Shown piece by piece: positions 57,733 through 64,000 of a stretch of DNA of 64,000 nt. Position 1 is the first letter of the stretch. Each line of letters starts with the position of its first letter. Under the pieces are notes generated by a model that searched no databases, was not told the DNA's origin, and saw only the letters and a list, made by a program, of their open reading frames with translations. Made by a program: the position numbers and the translations under genes. The DNA comes from an uncultured Smithella sp. (GTDB lineage: Bacteria > Desulfobacterota > Syntrophia > Syntrophales > Smithellaceae), in contig CAZIJZ010000010.1 in NCBI GenBank assembly GCA_964539765.1, positions 8,902 through 72,901 on the forward strand, in the 5' to 3' direction.

Positions 57733-59436
57733 ATGAAATTGAAGGGAACAGAAATACTGCTCAAGGCGCTCGAAGAAGAAAATGTCGAAATTATCTTCGG
57801 GTATCCAGGCGGAGCCGTTCTCGATATTTATGACCAGATATACAAAAGTAAGATGAAGCATATTCTGGTCCGGCATGAGCAGGGCGCCGTGCATGCCGCC
57901 GACGGTTACGCCCGGTCCACCGGAAAAGTCGGCGTGTGTCTGGTCACGTCGGGTCCCGGCGCAACCAATACAGTTACCGGCATTGCTACGGCGAATATGG
58001 ATTCCATTCCCCTGGTTGTTTTTACGGGACAGGTTCCCACCGCCCTGATCGGTAATGACGCCTTTCAGGAATGCGATATCACCGGCATCACCCGTCCGTG
58101 CACAAAACATAATTTCCTGGTACGGAATATTGAGGATCTTGCTTCAACCATCAGGGAGGCTTTTCAAATTGCCCGTTCCGGCAGGCCGGGTCCGGTTTTA
58201 GTTGATTTGCCCAAAAATGTAATGGCGGCCCAGACGGAATATGATCCGGCCAATATAAAAATCAGAAATTATGAGGCCACCTATAAACCGGCTCCGAAAA
58301 AAATGGCCAGTTTCCTGGAGATGATGACTTCCGCTAAAAGACCTCTGATTATGACCGGCGGCGGTGTCATTCTGGGCAAAGCGTCATCTCTTTTGACGGA
58401 GGTTGCCAGAAAATATCAAATTCCGGTTACCGGAACGCTGATGGGGCTCGGTTCTTTTCCGGGCAGTGATTCGCTCTGGCTGGGCATGCTGGGAATGCAC
58501 GGAACATACTATGCCAACATGGCGATCAGCCACTGTGATCTGCTCATTGCCGTGGGCGTCAGGTTTGACGACCGGGTGACCGGCACCATTGATACCTTTG
58601 CCGCCAAAGCCAAAATCGTTCAGATCGACATCGATCCGTCATCCATTAATAAAAACGTGGCCGTCGATCTGCCGATCATCGGCGATACACAGGCGGTGCT
58701 GAAGGATCTCCTCAAATTTCTGGAAGAACACAATTATGCTTACGACACAGCAGCGAGAAAAGAATGGTTGGATGAGATTGCCAACTGGAAGGAAAAAGTG
58801 CCGCTGACCTATTGTCAGAATGGCAAAGTCATCAAGCCGCAGTTTGTGATTGAGACGCTGTATAAATTGACCGGAGGCGACGCGATTATTACCACAGAAG
58901 TCGGCCAGAACCAGATGTGGACGGCGCAGTTCTTCCCGTTTGACAAACCCAATACATTTATTTCTTCGGGCGGTTTAGGAACAATGGGTTTTGGTTTTCC
59001 CGCGGCCATCGGCGTCAAATGCGCTTTTCCCGATAAGCATGTTGTGGACATTGCCGGCGACGGCAGTATTCAGATGAATATTCAGGAACTGGCCACCGCC
59101 GTGCAGTATAAAATCAATGTGAAGATCGTTCTGCTGAATAACGGCTACCTCGGTATGGTGCGCCAGTGGCAGGAATTGTTCTACGAAAAACGTTATTCAT
59201 TTACAGATATGACCTATGCGCCTGATTTTGTGAAACTTGCCGACGCTTTTGGCGTCGTGGGCTTACGCGCCACGAAACCGGAAGAAGTGGAAACGGTTTT
59301 AAAAGAAGGGCTGGCTATTGACAAACCGGTGCTGATGGATTTCCGCGTTTCGCGGGAAGAATGCGTTTATCCCATGGTTCATCCGGGCGATTCGATCAGC
59401 AACATGTCGCTGGGCTCCCGGGAGATGATCAACTAA
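57733..59436 (+). CDS. ilvB: Acetolactate synthase (acetohydroxy-acid synthase) large subunit
   Basis: G.E.L..ALE.E.VE.IFGYPGG..L..YD. ThDP-binding GDGSIQMNIQELAT...........LNN..LGMVRQWQ. 567 aa. Confidence 0.95.
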   Translation: MKLKGTEILLKALEEENVEIIFGYPGGAVLDIYDQIYKSKMKHILVRHEQGAVHAADGYARSTGKVGVCLVTSGPGATNTVTGIATANMDSIPLVVFTGQVPTALIGNDAFQECDITGITRPCTKHNFLVRNIEDLASTIREAFQIARSGRPGPVLVDLPKNVMAAQTEYDPANIKIRNYEATYKPAPKKMASFLEMMTSAKRPLIMTGGGVILGKASSLLTEVARKYQIPVTGTLMGLGSFPGSDSLWLGMLGMHGTYYANMAISHCDLLIAVGVRFDDRVTGTIDTFAAKAKIVQIDIDPSSINKNVAVDLPIIGDTQAVLKDLLKFLEEHNYAYDTAARKEWLDEIANWKEKVPLTYCQNGKVIKPQFVIETLYKLTGGDAIITTEVGQNQMWTAQFFPFDKPNTFISSGGLGTMGFGFPAAIGVKCAFPDKHVVDIAGDGSIQMNIQELATAVQYKINVKIVLLNNGYLGMVRQWQELFYEKRYSFTDMTYAPDFVKLADAFGVVGLRATKPEEVETVLKEGLAIDKPVLMDFRVSREECVYPMVHPGDSISNMSLGSREMIN

Positions 59437-59460
59437 ATTTTTACAGGAAGGAAAAGAAGG

Positions 59461-59949
59461 ATGGAAAAAAAGGAACATATTATTTCAATACTGGTTCATA
59501 ACAAGCCGGATGTGCTGGCCAGAATTGCCGGCATTCTTGGCGGTAAAGGTTATAACATTGAAAGTCTCTGCGTGAATTCGACTACGCAGTACGAAGTATC
59601 CAAAATCGTGATGACGACCGTGGGCACACAGGAAACCATCAATAGAATCGAAGGTCAATTACGAAGACTTGTTGATGTTATTCGGGTTAACGATTTGACC
59701 AATGTGGAATCGATTCACCGCGAATTGATCCTTGTTCGCTTGAATTTGACAAGCGATAAAAAGGAACAGATAAAGAAAGCTGTTGACATGAATAAATGGA
59801 AGGTAATAATTAACGCCGATGCCTATGTGATTCTGGAAATAACCGGTGATCGGTCGCAAATTGATTTTGCACTGGCCAGACTGGAGCCGCTGGGTATCGC
59901 TGATATCACAAGAACCGGCATTGTCGCTTTGGATTTGGAAGAAGAATAA
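59461..59949 (+). CDS. ilvN: Acetolactate synthase small (regulatory) subunit
   Basis: HIISILV.NKPDVLARIAG....KGYNIESL.V is the ACT domain. 162 aa. Directly after ilvB. Confidence 0.92.
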   Translation: MEKKEHIISILVHNKPDVLARIAGILGGKGYNIESLCVNSTTQYEVSKIVMTTVGTQETINRIEGQLRRLVDVIRVNDLTNVESIHRELILVRLNLTSDKKEQIKKAVDMNKWKVIINADAYVILEITGDRSQIDFALARLEPLGIADITRTGIVALDLEEE

Positions 59950-59980
59950 TTTTTATAATTACTTTATTTAGGGGGTTATC

Positions 59981-61039
59981 ATGGCAAAAATTAATTTTGG
60001 AGGCGTCATTGAAGACGTCATCACAGCAAAGGAATTTCCTCTGAGGAAAGCTCAGAAGGTTTTAAAGGATGAAGTCGTCGCGGTTATCGGTTACGGTGTG
60101 CAGGGACCGGCTCAGGCGATGAACATGAAAGATAACGGAATCAATGTTATTATTGGTCAGGCCAAGGAAGATATGCGCTACTGGAAGAAGGCCATTGCCG
60201 ACGGCTGGAAACCCGGCAAGACTCTTTTCCCGATTGAAGAAGCAGTCAAACGCGGAACCATTATTCAGTATCTGGTTTCTGATGCGGCGCAGAAACTGCT
60301 CTGGCCGAAAGTCAAAGCCAATCTGAAAAAAGGCGACGCGCTTTATTTCTCACATGGTTTTTCCATTGTTTACAAGAAACAGACCAGTATTATGCCGCCG
60401 AATTTTGTCGATGTTATCATGGTGGCGCCGAAAGGTTCGGGAACATCAGTCCGCCGGAATTTCCTGGACGGCAGCGGGATCAACTCCAGTTTTGCCGTGC
60501 ATCAGGATTACACCGGTCGGGCGATGGAAAGAACGCTGGCGCTGGGCATTGCCATCGGCTCGGGATTTTTATTCCCGACAACTTTCCAGAAGGAAGTTTA
60601 CAGTGATTTGACGGGCGAACGCGGTATGCTCATGGGCGCGCTGGCGGGAGTCATGGAAGCGCAGTACAATGAATTACGCAAACACGGCCATACGCCCAGT
60701 GAAGCGTTCAACGAAACGGTGGAAGAGCTGACGCAGAGCCTTATTCGTCTGGTCGCGGAAAATGGCATGGATTGGATGTACGCCAATTGTTCCGCCACCG
60801 CTCAGCGCGGCGCCCTGGATTGGCGTCATAAATTCCGCAAGGCGGTAGCGCCTGTATTTGCCGAACTGTATAAGTCAGTCGCTACCGGTAAAGAAACAGA
60901 AATCGTTCTGAGAGTCAACAGCGCGCCGGATTATAAGGTAAAACTGGAAAAAGAACTCAAAGCAATACATGATTCCGAAATGTGGAAGGCGGGGGCTGCC
61001 GTGCGCGAGTTACGGCCGGAAAAGCGCAAGAAGAAATAA
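59981..61039 (+). CDS. ilvC: Ketol-acid reductoisomerase
   Basis: Rossmann motif VAVIGYGVQGPAQAMNMKDNG. SHGF. APKG.G..VR. Ends in a Lys-rich tail EKRKKK. Confidence 0.94.
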   Translation: MAKINFGGVIEDVITAKEFPLRKAQKVLKDEVVAVIGYGVQGPAQAMNMKDNGINVIIGQAKEDMRYWKKAIADGWKPGKTLFPIEEAVKRGTIIQYLVSDAAQKLLWPKVKANLKKGDALYFSHGFSIVYKKQTSIMPPNFVDVIMVAPKGSGTSVRRNFLDGSGINSSFAVHQDYTGRAMERTLALGIAIGSGFLFPTTFQKEVYSDLTGERGMLMGALAGVMEAQYNELRKHGHTPSEAFNETVEELTQSLIRLVAENGMDWMYANCSATAQRGALDWRHKFRKAVAPVFAELYKSVATGKETEIVLRVNSAPDYKVKLEKELKAIHDSEMWKAGAAVRELRPEKRKKK

Positions 61040-61090
61040 CGGGCTCGTGAAAATATAAAATACAATAAGATTGTTATTCCCATCGCAGAT

Positions 61091-61135
61091 GACCTTCAGG
61101 TTACGAAGGCGGGCGAAGTGTCCTTCAGGGTAAAT
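61091..61135 (+). repeat. Possible degenerate copy (C) of the hairpin element family between ilvC and ilvD
   Basis: GAC, then a short stem CCTTC (61093-97) / GAAGG (61105-09) with a 7-nt loop. Then GGCGAAGTGTCC (61112-23), which matches GTCGAATGATCC at 9/12. Then AGGGTAAAT versus AGGGTACAAT of copy A. The loop is not conserved. Confidence 0.3.
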
Positions 61136-61215
61136 TCAGTATTATTTTGCCCCTGGATTTCGGGTCAAGCCCGGAATGACAAGATGAATATTTTCAAATC
61201 AAGGGGAGAGAAAAA

Positions 61216-62877
61216 ATGAGAAGCGATCTCATGAAAAAAGGTTTTGAGCGGGCGCCGCATCGTTCGCTGTTCAAGGCGATGGGCTACACGGATGAAGAAA
61301 TATCAAGGCCGTTGATCGGCGTGGTCAATTCAGCCAATGAAATTATTCCCGGACACATCCATCTGGATTTGATTACCCAGGATGTCAAAGCGGGAATCCG
61401 GATGGCCGGCGGCACGCCGGTGGAATTTCCGGTCATCGGCGTCTGCGACGGCATCGCCATGGGGCACGAAGGCATGAAATTTTCGCTGGCCAGCCGCGAA
61501 CTCATTGCCGACTCCATTGAGATCATGGCGATGGCTCATCCTTTTGACGCTCTGGTTTTCATTCCCAACTGTGACAAGATTATTCCGGGCATGCTCATGG
61601 CCGCTCTGCGTCTGAACATTCCATCAATCTTTATCAGCGGCGGTCCGATGCTGGCGGGAAAACTTCAGGACAAGACCGTTGACCTGATCAGCGTTTTTGA
61701 AGGTGTCGGCGCCGTAAAAGTCAAAAAGATGACTGCTGCCGAACTGAAGAAGCTGGAAGACTGCGCCTGTCCCGGATGCGGTTCGTGTTCCGGAATGTAC
61801 ACGGCCAATTCCATGAACTGCGTCACCGAGGCTTTGGGTCTGGGATTGCCCGGCCACGGGACTATTCCTGCTGTTTTGGCTTCCCGTCACCGGCTGGCCA
61901 AACATGCCGGCATGAAAATAATGGATTTGCTCAAAAAGAATATCAGACCGCGCGACATTGCCACGTTGGCCGTGTTTAAAAATGCTATAGCTGTCGACAT
62001 GGCGCTGGGCTGTTCCACCAACACGGTTTTGCATATTCCGGCCGTTGCCCATGAAGCGGGCATCAATCTCGATCTGGATCTTTTCAACAAGATCAGTGAG
62101 AAAACTCCTAATCTCTGCAAACTGAGTCCCGCCGGACATCATCACATTGAAGATTTGGATACGGCGGGCGGCATTCAGGCCGTGATGAAAGTCATCAGTG
62201 CGCTGGGTGTCATTGATGAAAAAGCAATAACGGTTTCCGGCAAAACGGTCGGCGGGAATTTGAAGGATGCCCGTGTGTTGAATACGGATGTCATCAGAAC
62301 TCTCAAGAATGCTTATTCTCAGCAGGGCGGCATCGCGATTCTGCGCGGCAATCTCGCGCCGGACGGAGCGGTAGTGAAACAATCCGCGGTCGCGCCGGCC
62401 ATGCAGAAAAACGAAGGCAAAGCGCGTGTGTTTGACTGCGAAGACGACGCCATCAAGGCCATTCTTGGCGGAAAAATAAAAGGCGGCGACATCGTTGTCA
62501 TTCGTTACGAAGGTCCCAAAGGTGGTCCCGGCATGAGGGAAATGCTTTCTCCCACTTCGGCAATTGTTGGCATGGGCCTGGACAAGACGGTTGCGCTTTT
62601 AACCGACGGACGTTTCAGTGGCGGTACACAGGGTGCAGCCATCGGCCATATCTCACCAGAAGCAGCAGAAGGCGGGCCGATTGCGCTGGTGAAAGAAGGC
62701 GACATCATCGCCATCGATATCCCGGCCAAGAAACTGAATTTAAAAGTCAGCGCTCAGGAACTGGCGAAACGAAGAAAAGCTTTGAAGCTTTTTAAGCCGA
62801 GAATTACGACAGGTTATTTGGCGAGGTATGCGAAGATGGTGACGTCGTCATCGACCGGAGCAATTTTCAAGGATTAA
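61216..62877 (+). CDS. ilvD: Dihydroxy-acid dehydratase
   Basis: MRSD......[13 protein letters not shown]....P.IGV.NS......H.HL. Cys ligand region [26 protein letters not shown]. 553 aa. Confidence 0.96.
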   Translation: MRSDLMKKGFERAPHRSLFKAMGYTDEEISRPLIGVVNSANEIIPGHIHLDLITQDVKAGIRMAGGTPVEFPVIGVCDGIAMGHEGMKFSLASRELIADSIEIMAMAHPFDALVFIPNCDKIIPGMLMAALRLNIPSIFISGGPMLAGKLQDKTVDLISVFEGVGAVKVKKMTAAELKKLEDCACPGCGSCSGMYTANSMNCVTEALGLGLPGHGTIPAVLASRHRLAKHAGMKIMDLLKKNIRPRDIATLAVFKNAIAVDMALGCSTNTVLHIPAVAHEAGINLDLDLFNKISEKTPNLCKLSPAGHHHIEDLDTAGGIQAVMKVISALGVIDEKAITVSGKTVGGNLKDARVLNTDVIRTLKNAYSQQGGIAILRGNLAPDGAVVKQSAVAPAMQKNEGKARVFDCEDDAIKAILGGKIKGGDIVVIRYEGPKGGPGMREMLSPTSAIVGMGLDKTVALLTDGRFSGGTQGAAIGHISPEAAEGGPIALVKEGDIIAIDIPAKKLNLKVSAQELAKRRKALKLFKPRITTGYLARYAKMVTSSSTGAIFKD

Positions 62878-62889
62878 GTAAAAAATCAG

Positions 62890-62942
62890 AGACCCTCAAA
62901 CACAATTGCCGGATTTAGTCCGGCAATTGTGTTTGAGGGTCT
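62890..62942. terminator. 24-bp perfect inverted repeat between convergent ilvD and the orphan gene (probable bidirectional terminator / cruciform-capable palindrome)
   Basis: AGACCCTCAAACACAATTGCCGGA (62890-62913), loop TTTAG, TCCGGCAATTGTGTTTGAGGGTCT (62919-62942). No mismatches. An A5 run sits 4 nt to the left, which becomes a U-tract for minus-strand transcripts. There is no T run on the right. Confidence 0.6.
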
Positions 62943-63002
62943 ATTCGGATGCATGATAAAACAAACTCAATGATGTTAAATAAAGCTCTATTGTATTAAA
63001 AT

Positions 63003-63383
63003 TTAATTTTCATCTTTGATGCCGAGCCAGGCGAGGGCTTTTTTCTTGTCGTTGAAGAATTCGATGCGGGCGCCTCGGTTATAAGCAACATTTTTAAAAA
63101 ATTGAGTAATTTCATCAGGGGTGTAATCGTCAATACAGATGGCCAGAGTCATTCCCGGAATGGACTCCGCCGCTTGAGCTCCGGATTGATAAGCGTCCAT
63201 GGAGGTGATTCTTCTTTTCTGGTTGGAGCCTTCCGTTAAAACTTTCAGACATTTATATTTGCGGCAGGCCTTGGCTAATTCAGCCCATAGTATGTCATTG
63301 CTTTCCGGTGATATTTCATAATTCGGTGCATGAATGAGATGAATGTAGCTACCATTAAATTGCACAGAGAAATCTGAACTCAT
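63003..63383 (-). CDS. Hypothetical protein (126 aa; vaguely STAS/SpoIIAA-like C-terminal pattern)
   Basis: Clean ORF with an ATG start. I recognise no motif with confidence. The ending ..ICIDDYTPDE...FF.NVA.NRG..IEFF.D...A..WLG resembles STAS-like anti-sigma-antagonist folds only loosely. Confidence 0.55.
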   Translation of the reverse strand: MSSDFSVQFNGSYIHLIHAPNYEISPESNDILWAELAKACRKYKCLKVLTEGSNQKRRITSMDAYQSGAQAAESIPGMTLAICIDDYTPDEITQFFKNVAYNRGARIEFFNDKKKALAWLGIKDEN

Positions 63384-63592
63384 AGCGATCTTCCTTAAGA
63401 AATTTATTTTTTTCTCAGATCAGTCATTACAGATTTTTTTCGGTGATGGTTTGACATCAGGTAACTTTAATAATTTTCGTTAATTCACCATACAACAATT
63501 GGCTGTTTATAGCAATTATGGAGTTTCGCTTCATTCATAATATTCGGCTATTGGTCGCGAATTAAAAAAATATTTTTTTACTCAGGGTGTAA

Positions 63593-63898
63593 TCAGGCTA
63601 TTCCCTTGATTTTCATGTCGAGTTTCCAGAAAGCCGTGCTAATCCTTTCTATAATTTCGTCCAGCTTTTGCTGATCAATAATTTCTTCCTGATGGTTTTC
63701 TCCCTGCCATTTGCATTTCGGCGGTATGTAGATCGTCCACTCGAGTTGTCCCATGGCATCCGGATAGTCTTCGATTTCCAATGTGATGGTTTTGTCCTTC
63801 TCCTGATATCGAAGAGCATTTATGGATAAAATATCGACTCGCCATCCCAGAGAACTTTCGACCGTATGGTTATCAATGGCTGTTATGATTTCTTTCAT
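63593..63898 (-). CDS. Hypothetical protein (101 aa)
   Basis: Clean ORF with an ATG start on the same strand as 63003-63383. No recognisable motif. Confidence 0.5.
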   Translation of the reverse strand: MKEIITAIDNHTVESSLGWRVDILSINALRYQEKDKTITLEIEDYPDAMGQLEWTIYIPPKCKWQGENHQEEIIDQQKLDEIIERISTAFWKLDMKIKGIA

Positions 63899-64000
63899 AA
63901 AGATAAACCGGTTGTGTTTTAGACGTTTGCATCCAAAAATCAGTTCCAGTCTGCGAGCATCAAACCGGCGCTGATACGATTGACGTTTTTGTCATAGTCG

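Noticed and set aside
63940-64000. A minus-strand reading frame ending ...DYDKNVNRISAGLMLADWN* at the right edge of the window.
   Set aside because: Only 19 codons are visible, which is too little to call a gene or assign a function. It is mentioned only as context for the orphan-gene region.

Overview
This 64-kb window is core chromosome from a diderm bacterium. The evidence for diderm is lptD, tatAC, mltB, rlpA and lipoproteins. Mid-range GC and the look of the proteins suggest a Desulfobacterota or deltaproteobacteria-like anaerobe, but that taxonomy is inference only. Gene content, in order:
- The 3' two thirds of rpoC.
- A str operon that lacks fusA (rpsL-rpsG-tuf).
- A complete, contiguous S10-spc-alpha ribosomal cluster, rpsJ to rplQ, including secY, map, infA and rpmJ. 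There is no adk.
- Housekeeping genes: folC, lptD, a sigma-54 two-component pair, mltB-like, queG-like, greA, moaA, rlpA, an L,D-transpeptidase, smc, ftsY, gatCAB, mtnA, tatAC, PBP1A and ilvBNCD.

I found no tRNA or rRNA genes, CRISPR arrays, IS elements, transposases, integrases or phage genes. I found no convincing novel multi-gene protein system. The unusual signals are non-coding or very small:
1. A family of intergenic hairpin elements. They share a conserved 5' GAGAC, a conserved loop (AAG..CACAGC) and a conserved 3' flank (AGGYCGAAnnATCC). The 9-11 bp stem differs in sequence between copies but stays self-complementary. There are three clear copies (44683-44767 +, 46470-46587 -, 57565-57646 +) and two degenerate ones. 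I cannot place them in any family I know.
2. A Val/Leu-rich leader peptide with a multi-segment attenuator and two tandem terminators upstream of ilvB.
3. A compact promoter-RBS-terminator unit encoding a 34-aa hydrophobic peptide.
4. A 24-bp perfect hairpin after ilvD, followed by two orphan small genes.

All calls come from reading the sequence and the supplied ORF translations. No database search was run.
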